Shown: piece by piece, positions 26,065-34,624 of the stretch
How the letters are laid out: the number at the start of each line of letters is the position of its first letter
Numbering within the stretch: position 1 is the first letter of the stretch
Notes under the pieces: model-generated
Told to the model about the DNA's origin: nothing
Seen by the model: only the letters and a program-made list of their open reading frames with translations
The model's database searches: none
Made by a program: the position numbers and the translations under genes
Origin: Escherichia virus TH27
Reading direction: 5' to 3' (one strand)
Sequence record: MT446401.1
Length of the DNA stretch: 52,344 nt

Positions 26065-29000
26065 ATGAACAAATATGATGTAACGGGCCGTAAAGGTGGG
26101 AGCAGCAAGCCACATACCCCACAGGAGATGGAAGACAATCTGATCTCAATCAATAAAATCAAGGTTCTCCTGGCTGTAAGTGATGGCGAGGTTGACGGCA
26201 ATTTCTCCATGCAGGATCTGTATCTCAATGATGTGCCAGTTATCGCACCTTCTGGTGAAGTAAACTACAACGGAGTTAAAGCTGAGTTCCGACCAGGTAC
26301 GCAGACTCAGAGTTACATCCAGGGTTTCGCCGACACCGCCGCCGAGTTTACGGTAAATCGTGAGTTGAAGACCACGACACCGTATGTTATCTCAATTACC
26401 AATAAGCAACTTTCGGCGGTCAGGGTTAAAATTATGATGCCGCGCGGTGTTAAAACTGAGAGCAATGGCGATATGGTTGGCGTTAGCGTTAACTACGCGG
26501 TTGACATGGCGGTGGATGGCGGTTCCTACAGTGAAGTCCTTAACGACACGATTAACGGCAAGACAATGAGCGGATATGATCGCACTCGAAGGATTAACCT
26601 CCCGTCATTCAACAGCCAGGTTCTGTTAAGGGTTCGCAGGATTACAGCAGACTCCACTGATGCCAGGCTGGTTGACGCCATTAACATTCAGTCTTACGCA
26701 GAGGTCGTTGACGCCAAGTTCAGATATCCACTGACTGGTTTACTTTACGTTGAGTTTAACTCTGAGCTATTCCCTCAGATCCCAAGCATCAGCGTGAAAA
26801 AGAAATGGAAGCTGATTAACGTACCGACAAACTATAACCCTGAGATGCGTGAGTATAGCGGCACGTGGGATGGGAGTTTTAAAAAAGCATGGTCAAATAA
26901 TCCGGCGTGGGTGCTTTATGATTTGATCACCAATCATCGCTACGGACTCGACCAACGTGAATTAGGGATCGAGGTCGACAAATGGTCACTTTACGACGCC
27001 GGGCAATACTGCGACCAGAAAGTGCCAGATGGTCATGGTGGAACTGAACCACGCTATCTTTGCGATGTGGTTATTCAGTCTCAGGTTGAGGCGTACACCC
27101 TGGTTCGTGATATTTGCTCAATTTTCCGTGGAATGAGCTTTTGGAATGGTGAGAGTTTATCAATCGTTATCGACAGGCCGCGTGAGCCGTCCTACATCTT
27201 CACAAACGATAACGTAATTGATGGTTCGTTCTCTTACACTTTCGCCAGTGAGAAGAGCATGTACACGTCCTGTAACGTGACGTTTGATGATGAGCAGAAT
27301 ATGTATAGCCAGGACGTCGAAGGTGTATTCGACCTTGAGGCATCATTGAGGTTCGGTCACAACCCAACAAGCATCACTGCGATCGGGTGTACGCGTCGAA
27401 GCGAGGCCAACAGGCGCGGACGGTGGATTCTTAAAACAAACCTGCGTAGCACTACGGTGAACTTTGCCACAGGACTGGAAGGCATGATCCCAATGGTTGG
27501 TGACGTAGTTTCAATCGCCGACAATTTCTGGTCAAGCAACCTCACACTTTCACTTTCTGGTCGTGTGATGGAGGTTTCTGGTTTGCAGGTGTTTACGCCA
27601 TTTAAGGTTGATGCTCGCCCAGGTGATTACATAATCATCAATAAGCCGGACGGGAATCCGGTTCGCAGGACTATTGCCAGCGTGTCTCAGGACGGGAAGA
27701 CAATCCAGCTAAACGTTGGATTTGGGTTTGACGTTAAGCCTAATACAGTTTTCGCAATCGACCGCACTGACGTAGCTCTACAGCAATACGTTGTAACATC
27801 AATCGGTAAAGGAGACGGTGATGAGGAGTTTACATATAGCATCACGGCAGTTGAGTACGACCCGAATAAGTACGACGAGATCGACTACGGCGTAAACATT
27901 GATGACAGGCCAACTAGTATTGTCGATCCTGACAACATCATGCCACCAGATAACATCGACGTTTCTTCATACTCCAGGGTTGTTCAGGGGATGAGCGTTG
28001 AAACCATGGTTGTTGGTTGGGATAAGGTTCAGTACGCGAGCCTTTACGATGTGCAGTGGCGCAAGGATAATGGCAACTGGATGAACGTACCGCGCACAGC
28101 TAACTCGGAAGTTGAGGTTGAAGGGATTTATGCAGGCAATTATCACGTGCGCGTAAGGAGCGTGGCAAGTTCAGGAAATACTTCGCCATGGTCTAATATA
28201 GTTAGCGTTGCGCTGACAGGTAAGATCGGAACGCCATCATCGCCTATTAATATCACGGCGTCTGACGATGAGGTGTTTGGTATTAGGATTAAGTGGGGCT
28301 TCCCTACAGATGCAGGAGATACGGCATACACTGAATTGCAGCAGGTTAAGGATAATGGTGACGGCACATACAATCCAGAAAACGCATCGCTGCTAACGCT
28401 TATTCCGTACCCTCAGTACGAATACTGGCACTCAACCTTACCGGCAGGGATGGTCATCTGGTACAGAGCGAGACTGATAGACAGGATCGGAAACCAGTCT
28501 CCATGGACTGACTTTGTTAGAGGAATGACTTCTGACGACGTTTCTTCGATTATCGGTGATATCAAGGTTGATATTGAAGACTCTGATGGATATAAGTACC
28601 TACTACAGAACGCAATTGATAACAGCACTGATATCCAGAATCAGGCCGAATCAATCATTGAAAACGCGCTCGCGAATGATTCTGACGTGAGGATTATGAC
28701 CAAGGAGAATGGAAAGAGGAAAGCGGAATTTAGGCAGGCGGTTGTTCTTATTGCTGATGAGACACAGGCCCGAGTAGATGCTCTAACTGAGCTTAAGGCG
28801 CAGATTGATGATGAAGTGGTTGCATCAATTACTGAGGTTAAAACAGCGCTAGCAACAGAGACTGAGGCAAGAACCTCAGCTGACACGGCGTTAAACGCGA
28901 GGCTTGGTGAGAACGAGGCGGCGTTAACTCAGAAGTTAGAGTCATATGCAACAGCAGACGCTGTTGGTGCACAGTACGGAGTTAAGCTTGGCCTCAAATA

Positions 29001-29439
29001 CCAGGGGGTTGAGTATGGTGCCGGAATGAGCATGGAGCTTGTTGGCTATGGTGGCAATGTTCGCAGCCAGATGATTTTTGACGCTGGAAGGTTCGCGATC
29101 AGTAACGGGATTAGTAGTGGTTCCGGTCAGTGGTCACTGCCTTTTGTAGTGGAAAATAATCAAGTGTTTATGCAAAGCGCATTCATCCAGGACGGTTCAA
29201 TCACGAATGCGAAGATTGGTAACAGGATTCAATCTAACAATTACGTTCAAGGAAGTCAGGGATGGGCTATTGATAAGTCAGGGAGTGCGGAGTTAAACAA
29301 CGCAACAGTTCGTGGTAGTTTGTACGCCAGTAACGGTAACTTCGCCTTTAACGGAACGAACAATACTGTCGTCATAAACAACAACGGAATAACGGTTAAC
29401 TTGCCAAATGGTGGGAGGGTAGTAGTTGGTACGTGGTAA
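26065..29439 (+). CDS. Tail tip / host specificity protein, lambda J-like (1124 aa)
   Basis: Very large ORF after I; start 26065 chosen (RBS AAAAGG) because track start 26002 overlaps the terminator. Confidence 0.85.
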   Translation: MNKYDVTGRKGGSSKPHTPQEMEDNLISINKIKVLLAVSDGEVDGNFSMQDLYLNDVPVIAPSGEVNYNGVKAEFRPGTQTQSYIQGFADTAAEFTVNRELKTTTPYVISITNKQLSAVRVKIMMPRGVKTESNGDMVGVSVNYAVDMAVDGGSYSEVLNDTINGKTMSGYDRTRRINLPSFNSQVLLRVRRITADSTDARLVDAINIQSYAEVVDAKFRYPLTGLLYVEFNSELFPQIPSISVKKKWKLINVPTNYNPEMREYSGTWDGSFKKAWSNNPAWVLYDLITNHRYGLDQRELGIEVDKWSLYDAGQYCDQKVPDGHGGTEPRYLCDVVIQSQVEAYTLVRDICSIFRGMSFWNGESLSIVIDRPREPSYIFTNDNVIDGSFSYTFASEKSMYTSCNVTFDDEQNMYSQDVEGVFDLEASLRFGHNPTSITAIGCTRRSEANRRGRWILKTNLRSTTVNFATGLEGMIPMVGDVVSIADNFWSSNLTLSLSGRVMEVSGLQVFTPFKVDARPGDYIIINKPDGNPVRRTIASVSQDGKTIQLNVGFGFDVKPNTVFAIDRTDVALQQYVVTSIGKGDGDEEFTYSITAVEYDPNKYDEIDYGVNIDDRPTSIVDPDNIMPPDNIDVSSYSRVVQGMSVETMVVGWDKVQYASLYDVQWRKDNGNWMNVPRTANSEVEVEGIYAGNYHVRVRSVASSGNTSPWSNIVSVALTGKIGTPSSPINITASDDEVFGIRIKWGFPTDAGDTAYTELQQVKDNGDGTYNPENASLLTLIPYPQYEYWHSTLPAGMVIWYRARLIDRIGNQSPWTDFVRGMTSDDVSSIIGDIKVDIEDSDGYKYLLQNAIDNSTDIQNQAESIIENALANDSDVRIMTKENGKRKAEFRQAVVLIADETQARVDALTELKAQIDDEVVASITEVKTALATETEARTSADTALNARLGENEAALTQKLESYATADAVGAQYGVKLGLKYQGVEYGAGMSMELVGYGGNVRSQMIFDAGRFAISNGISSGSGQWSLPFVVENNQVFMQSAFIQDGSITNAKIGNRIQSNNYVQGSQGWAIDKSGSAELNNATVRGSLYASNGNFAFNGTNNTVVINNNGITVNLPNGGRVVVGTW

Positions 29440-29445
29440 ATGATT

Positions 29446-29470
29446 AAGCCCCTTTCGGGGCTTTTTCTTT
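29446..29470. terminator. Terminator hairpin between convergent genes (T-run on + strand only)
   Basis: aagcccc-tttc-ggggctt with T-run on + strand; - strand side has only an interrupted run. Confidence 0.75.
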
Positions 29471-30432
29471 TAGTAGAAGTTAGGAATGAATGGAAGTGCC
29501 ATTGATATGTTTGTGTCGAATGGGAATTGAGCGCCAGTCTGAGTTGAATAGTTGCCTATTACAGATCCTGGAACGGCCCTAACGGAGCCGCCAGACATGC
29601 AAACCCCCTTATACCGAAGGTTGTTATACCCACCTGTAACTCTAGTCGTAGCGCCGCATCTAAGAAGTGGGAAGAAGCCACCATTTATTGACTGGTATCC
29701 ATTGTTAATCTGGATGAATCCACCCAGAACGAAAGGTCTGCGAACACTAGAGAAAACAATCTGGCCAGATCCGTTTGACATTGTAAGTCCTGGGCCTGCT
29801 GGCGGCGGCTCATTTCTGAATATAACCAGCTGGACGTAAGTGCTAGCCCCAACGTCATCAATCCCGCCGTAGTTTGAATCCCTGCACCATATCGTACTTC
29901 CATCACTCTCAAGCGACACGTTTGGGTTATCCCACTTACCGAAAGGTATTCCGCTGACAGGAAGTGACGCAGCACCATTTACCTGAATCCCACCAACCCA
30001 TGCAGCAGACATTAGCCTTGAATTGCTTGATATTGCCAGGAAGTCAGTTGAGTTTTCGACAAGCACCCCTGGGCTTGATGAGGACGCTGCAGGTAGAATC
30101 TCAAAGCACTGACCACCAAACTGCAATATCCGACCATTCGCCCCGTTAAAGTTGCTTAAGGTAATCCTTCCGACTCCATCATTTACCTTTGAGAAGCCAT
30201 TCATATAATAAACTTCAGGAACAACATCATATGCATCAACATATACAGCCTGCGTCGGCAAGCAGAATGCAGTTGAGCCAGGAGACATGGATAACCCAAA
30301 ATCCCATGAACTAACCGGAGACGAAATCCCGCTTGTATTTATCGATCCAGTCACAGCAGGCGCTCTCAATCCTGCTGTTATTTCCATCGCTGGCCTTCCA
30401 TCGTTAAGGTCGATCAGTATACCATGCCCCAT
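29470..30432 (-). CDS. G/S/N-rich protein (320 aa), possible receptor-binding or fiber-associated protein
   Basis: Start moved to ATG at 30432 (RBS AAGGAG 7 nt upstream, just after lipoprotein stop); function inferred only from composition and position. Confidence 0.6.
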   Translation of the reverse strand: MGHGILIDLNDGRPAMEITAGLRAPAVTGSINTSGISSPVSSWDFGLSMSPGSTAFCLPTQAVYVDAYDVVPEVYYMNGFSKVNDGVGRITLSNFNGANGRILQFGGQCFEILPAASSSSPGVLVENSTDFLAISSNSRLMSAAWVGGIQVNGAASLPVSGIPFGKWDNPNVSLESDGSTIWCRDSNYGGIDDVGASTYVQLVIFRNEPPPAGPGLTMSNGSGQIVFSSVRRPFVLGGFIQINNGYQSINGGFFPLLRCGATTRVTGGYNNLRYKGVCMSGGSVRAVPGSVIGNYSTQTGAQFPFDTNISMALPFIPNFY

Positions 30433-30433
30433 C

Positions 30434-30676
30434 TTACCACTCCTTAGAACCGTGATCTGCAACCGAACCGCCGTAGCCGCCACCTGCTTTTGATTCAATA
30501 CCAGCATAGCGAATATCAACCTCACCAGCTGGAACCACCACGCCACCTTTCCACTTCGCAACGCAAACATCACCAGCCTGGGTAGCGCACCAGCCGTCAG
30601 GTCGGTGGCCGGAAGAACAACCTACAGTCATGATTACTGCTGCTGCGATGATTGCTGATTTGATGAAGTTAGTCAT
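30434..30676 (-). CDS. Lipoprotein (80 aa), possible superinfection-exclusion lipoprotein
   Basis: Signal peptide with lipobox VGCSS; RBS AAGGA; sits beside receptor-binding genes. Confidence 0.7.
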   Translation of the reverse strand: MTNFIKSAIIAAAVIMTVGCSSGHRPDGWCATQAGDVCVAKWKGGVVVPAGEVDIRYAGIESKAGGGYGGSVADHGSKEW

Positions 30677-30716
30677 TTTTGAATCCTTATTAAGTATGTT
30701 TCGTTTCGATGGAGTA

Positions 30717-30756
30717 ACTATACACCAACCATTAATTTAGTTTTAGCAATTCGTGC
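30717..30756 (-). promoter_or_regulatory. Palindromic box plus TATAGT (- strand) with CATCGAAACGAA leader
   Basis: Box 30742..30756, hexamer complement 30717..30722, leader 30700..30711; overlaps end of Rha-like gene. Confidence 0.5.
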
Positions 30757-31361
30757 GTTTTACCCGTCAGTGCGATAATTGTATCTTTCGATACCTCCAG
30801 CTTCATTTGTAATCCTTCGCATTGAGCCTGATATGAATACACGTTTTCCTGCGACTCATAATATCTATTGTTTTCGATTCGAATATTAGCCACCAAATCG
30901 TCGATTTGAGAGCCAGAACCTTCAGACTCTAGAATCTTATCAAGTACCTTGCTTTGCGCGTAGTACAGGTCTTCTATGCGGTGCTGCGCTGAAATGGCTC
31001 TATACTTCTGTTGGTGCTCATCAATAACCTCGTCAATTGAAACCATTTTGGAGTTGTGAGATTTAAGAACATTAACTTCATGCTCAAGCGACTTTATTTT
31101 CTGGATCATCTTCATTCTGATTTTTGCGCTGTATTTTGCAACAAGGCATAGCGTGTGATCCTTATCCAGAATGGCTACGTTATGCATCTTTCCTTTATGA
31201 TATTCTTGCTCCTCAAATTGAGGAACAAGGTTTTCTCCATATAAATCAACATACATAGCATTGACATCCCTTATAATGTTGTCGTGACGAACTCCTGTAA
31301 TCTTGGCAATCTCAAGGCTGGTCATGGTCATTTCTTCGTTTGTGATGGTTAATTCGTTCAT
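30732..31361 (-). CDS. Rha-family phage regulatory protein (209 aa)
   Basis: N-terminal [19 protein letters not shown] segment characteristic of Rha-type regulators; RBS GGAG. Confidence 0.7.
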   Translation of the reverse strand: MNELTITNEEMTMTSLEIAKITGVRHDNIIRDVNAMYVDLYGENLVPQFEEQEYHKGKMHNVAILDKDHTLCLVAKYSAKIRMKMIQKIKSLEHEVNVLKSHNSKMVSIDEVIDEHQQKYRAISAQHRIEDLYYAQSKVLDKILESEGSGSQIDDLVANIRIENNRYYESQENVYSYQAQCEGLQMKLEVSKDTIIALTGKTHELLKLN

Positions 31362-31903
31362 TTTTCAATCTCCATTAGTGATCGCGTGATTGCGATGCGT
31401 GTATTTTGCACACTTTAATCTGATTGTCTTTAGCTATTCGTGCTTTTTGGTGTCAAATATGCAAATGCAACGATATACGCGTAACCGATGTAACTCGATG
31501 TATACAATCTAATCCTCGGAAAATTGTATACGCCCTGTTACGCCGATTTACGCTATAGTTACATTAAAATATCTATATATATCAACCTTTTACTCTTATT
31601 ATTATTATTATATATATTACTGTGTATATCGTGTAACTACTTCTATAGAGTGTTCCGATTATAAATTTCTAATATGGTTATTTATACAGTATTTAATCAC
31701 AAATACACCAATGCACCCTCAGCGAAAAATGATATACACGATATACACACTGTTTACATTAAGCTATAGCTGGGCTGGATAGCCATTTTATGTAACTAAC
31801 GCCATTGCATACACGCAATTACAAATATCTACACGTAACCACTTGACTAACGCAACCAAGCGTGTATAGTTAGCCACATCAACAACGAACGAGGATTAAA
31901 GAG
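31362..31903. other. 540-bp AT-rich intergenic region with TATAC(A/G)C-type repeats between divergent operons
   Basis: No ORF; repeated atacac/atacgc units, tandem gatatacac x2 at 31730..31749, (TTA)5 at 31596..31610. Confidence 0.7.
31843..31870 (+). promoter_or_regulatory. sigma70-type promoter (TTGACT-16-TATAGT)
   Basis: TTGACT 31843..31848, 16-nt spacer, TATAGT 31865..31870. Confidence 0.55.
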
Positions 31904-32956
31904 ATGACAGAGCCACTGTTTCAATACTTCACCTCAGAAGAAATGAGCAACGACTTTTACCACAGCAAGGATGAGTGGACCGCCGATTATGTATCAGGTT
32001 CATCGCTGAGCAAGATTCACAGCACTTGCCCTGCGGCGTGGAAGTTTGAAATGAACTCAACGACTAAGGCGCTTGTCTTCGGTACGCAGTCGCATACCAA
32101 TTTCGAGAGTAAGGCACTGTTTGAACGCCAGTATCGTCGCGCACCAAAAGATAGCGAGATTGCAAACGTAATCACTAGCCAGGCGGCCTTGGCTACGAAA
32201 TTAAAATCATTTGGCCTGACTGGTACAAGCGGCAAGCAATATCCAGAGCTAATCAAAATGATGGTTGATTGCGGCGAAGACCTCAACGTCATGTGGCTGA
32301 TTGATATGATCGCACAATGTCAGGCGTGGGCGGATGGCGTGGAACTGGTTAAGGCGGAAGACTACGACGCTTGCGTAAGTATGCGCCAGGTTCTTGAAAT
32401 GATTCCTGAGCATAACGCTTGCATGAACAGCGAGACTGCATTCCGTGAGTATTCGTTGTTCGGCGTAATTTGTGGCGTTAAAGTCAAGGTTCGACTTGAC
32501 CATGTTGACATCATTAATGATCCAGAAGCCATCCGACGCATGGGTTACGATCCTGAGATTCACCCTGAAATTGTCGTCATCACTGATTACAAAACAACAA
32601 TGAGCGCCAACCCGACCGAGTTCCCGCGCCTGGCGTTCAACCTTGGGTATTACCTCAAGATGGCATTGCAGCGTGACCTGTTCGTCAAGTGCTTTGAGGA
32701 AACGCGACCTGTGGTTGTGCGATTACTGGCCCAGGAGAAGAAGGAGCCTTACTTGCCTATGGCGTACCGGATGAGTGGGGATCAGCTTAAGATTGGGCGA
32801 GCGCAGTACATGAGCGTGATTCACACCTTTTCAATGTGCGAAGCCAATGATGTGTGGCCTTCATACAATAATGGCGAGCCGGAAGTCGAACTGGAGACGC
32901 CGCCATGGGTAATGAAGCAATTTGAGTCAATACTATTAATTTCAATGAGAAATTAA
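31904..32956 (+). CDS. PD-(D/E)xK family exonuclease (350 aa), RecB/Cas4-like
   Basis: D..(13)..ITDYKT motif typical of PD-(D/E)xK nucleases; adjacent to Erf recombinase. Confidence 0.7.
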   Translation: MTEPLFQYFTSEEMSNDFYHSKDEWTADYVSGSSLSKIHSTCPAAWKFEMNSTTKALVFGTQSHTNFESKALFERQYRRAPKDSEIANVITSQAALATKLKSFGLTGTSGKQYPELIKMMVDCGEDLNVMWLIDMIAQCQAWADGVELVKAEDYDACVSMRQVLEMIPEHNACMNSETAFREYSLFGVICGVKVKVRLDHVDIINDPEAIRRMGYDPEIHPEIVVITDYKTTMSANPTEFPRLAFNLGYYLKMALQRDLFVKCFEETRPVVVRLLAQEKKEPYLPMAYRMSGDQLKIGRAQYMSVIHTFSMCEANDVWPSYNNGEPEVELETPPWVMKQFESILLISMRN

Positions 32957-33030
32957 AATACATAGACGGCAACCTTTACTGGATAAAAAGCGGTAAGATT
33001 GCCGGAACACCGAAAGGTAACGGGTACTTA

Positions 33031-33393
33031 ATGATCTCATTTAACTATGTGAAGCTTCTAGCTCATAGGGTTATATGGGAAATGCACTACGGACCTATAC
33101 CAGAAGGTTACGAGATAGACCACATTAACGGAATAAGAAGTGATAACAGGATTGAAAACCTAAGACTTGTAACTAGAGCCATCAACAATAAAAATAAAAA
33201 GATGCAGTCAAATAACACATCAGGATTCACAGGTGTTGTTTTTGTTAAGCAAAGATGTAAATGGAACGCAAGGGTAAAGGTAAATGGAGTGCAGAAAAGC
33301 CTTGGTAGTTTCAATACAGCAATTGAAGCGAAAGAGGCAAGGGAAAGATACATCTCAATGAATGGTGATTTTACTTTAAGGCATGGCAGGTAG
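33031..33393 (+). CDS. HNH-AP2 homing endonuclease (120 aa from ATG; in-frame N-terminal extension back to 32926 has no ATG/GTG/TTG)
   Basis: HRVIWEMHYGPIPEGYEIDHINGIRSDNRIENLR motif; upstream in-frame KYIDGNLYWIKSG matches N-termini of the HNH genes at 44399 and 49326. Confidence 0.7.
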   Translation: MISFNYVKLLAHRVIWEMHYGPIPEGYEIDHINGIRSDNRIENLRLVTRAINNKNKKMQSNNTSGFTGVVFVKQRCKWNARVKVNGVQKSLGSFNTAIEAKEARERYISMNGDFTLRHGR

Positions 33394-33432
33394 CACTTTT
33401 TGCTAAACAAGAATGCGGTGATTTGCTATAAT
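33391..33432 (+). promoter_or_regulatory. Palindromic box TAGCACTTTTTGCTAAA plus TG-c-TATAAT in hairpin
   Basis: Box 33391..33407; hexamer 33427..33432 inside cggtgat/atcaccg. Confidence 0.55.
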
Positions 33433-33469
33433 CACCGTAAATCAAACGAAGTAAACAAAGGTATATATA

Positions 33470-34126
33470 ATGCGTACATCAGAGAAGTTTTCGAATGTTT
33501 CGGCCGCTCTAATTGCAGCTAAAAAGCAGTTTGCCATCGCAAAAAAATCAGGATTCAATACTCACCTGAAAACACATTACTCAAACCTGACGGACGTTCT
33601 GGAGGCCGTAGAGCCAGCGCTAAAAGAGCATGACCTTATGGTTATCCAGTCAAACCTGGACACGTCAACCGAGAAGGTTATGCACATTGAAACACTCATC
33701 CTTCATAGTTCCGGCGAGTGGCTTGCGTTCCAGTACAACATGCCGATCGAGAAGATTAGCGCCCAGGCTTACGGTTCAACAACCTCATACGGTCGCCGTT
33801 ACGCATTGTGCGCAGCGCTTGGAATCACTCAGAGCGATGACGATGCAGAAATCGCGAAGCGCACGGCAGCAGACTACAAAAAACTGATCACAAACTGTGA
33901 AAAACTGGAAGACCTCCAGGTCATCTATAAGAGCGCGAAAGGTTCACTTGGTGCGGCGGAATGGAAGATTGCAGAAGACCACTTGCAGAAGCGCAAGGCT
34001 GAATTGAGTATCGGTAGCGCTCGCGGTTTCCAGCCAGCCAAAAAGGCCGAGGCGCAAAAGGTTGAAGACAAGGTTGCAAATGCACCGTCCGAACCTGTAC
34101 AATCTGAATCCATCGAGCAATTCTAA
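33470..34126 (+). CDS. erf: Erf-family single-strand annealing recombinase (218 aa)
   Basis: SGEW...TSYGRRYALCAALGI..DDDA pattern typical of ERF family. Confidence 0.8.
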   Translation: MRTSEKFSNVSAALIAAKKQFAIAKKSGFNTHLKTHYSNLTDVLEAVEPALKEHDLMVIQSNLDTSTEKVMHIETLILHSSGEWLAFQYNMPIEKISAQAYGSTTSYGRRYALCAALGITQSDDDAEIAKRTAADYKKLITNCEKLEDLQVIYKSAKGSLGAAEWKIAEDHLQKRKAELSIGSARGFQPAKKAEAQKVEDKVANAPSEPVQSESIEQF

Positions 34127-34166
34127 TTAACGGGGCTTCGGCCCCATCCAATAAGGAAAATAAAAA

Positions 34167-34589
34167 ATGCCACACGTAATCACTGGTCAGATCCGTAAAG
34201 CACCTTTTACCAAAGAAGGCAGTAACAACAACGGGCGCTGGAAAATGTACGCCGTTGAACTGTCAGAACGCATGAAGATTCGCAATCAGCAGGGCGAGGA
34301 TGAGACGGTTTACAGCAACTACCGCGCCACGTTCTTCGCAAAAGAAAACGTTATGCAGTGGTATGATGAAGCATTCCAGGAAGGTAAGGTTGTATCAATT
34401 TCTGCCGACACTCTTCACTTGGCGTCACGCCAGGGTAATGATGGCACTGTGTATGTAACAGCTGAAATGATCAGGCCTCAGTTGCAATTCAGCCAGCGTG
34501 AGACGTCGCAACAGCGACAGCAGCCACAACAACAACAAAGACAGCAACCGCAGCAACAAAGCCAGTTCGATGACGATATTCCTTTCTGA
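34167..34589 (+). CDS. ssb: Single-stranded DNA-binding protein (140 aa)
   Basis: Gln-rich linker and C-terminal DDDIPF, identical to the bacterial SSB acidic tip. Confidence 0.85.
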   Translation: MPHVITGQIRKAPFTKEGSNNNGRWKMYAVELSERMKIRNQQGEDETVYSNYRATFFAKENVMQWYDEAFQEGKVVSISADTLHLASRQGNDGTVYVTAEMIRPQLQFSQRETSQQRQQPQQQQRQQPQQQSQFDDDIPF

Positions 34590-34599
34590 TGTAAAAGAT

Positions 34600-34624
34600 A
34601 AAGCCCCTTTCGGGGCTTTTTTTG
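34600..34624. terminator. Terminator hairpin between convergent genes (T-run on + strand only)
   Basis: aaagcccc-tttc-ggggcttt followed by T-run on + strand; - strand side has only an interrupted run. Confidence 0.8.

Noticed and set aside
30434-30676. Calling the lipoprotein Cor or Llp
   Set aside because: No sequence similarity to those proteins could be recognised by eye; only the lipoprotein nature and position support an exclusion role, so no gene symbol is given.
30732-31361. Temperate lifestyle inferred from the Rha-like regulator
   Set aside because: No integrase, repressor/Cro switch or attachment site was found; the genome organisation looks virulent.
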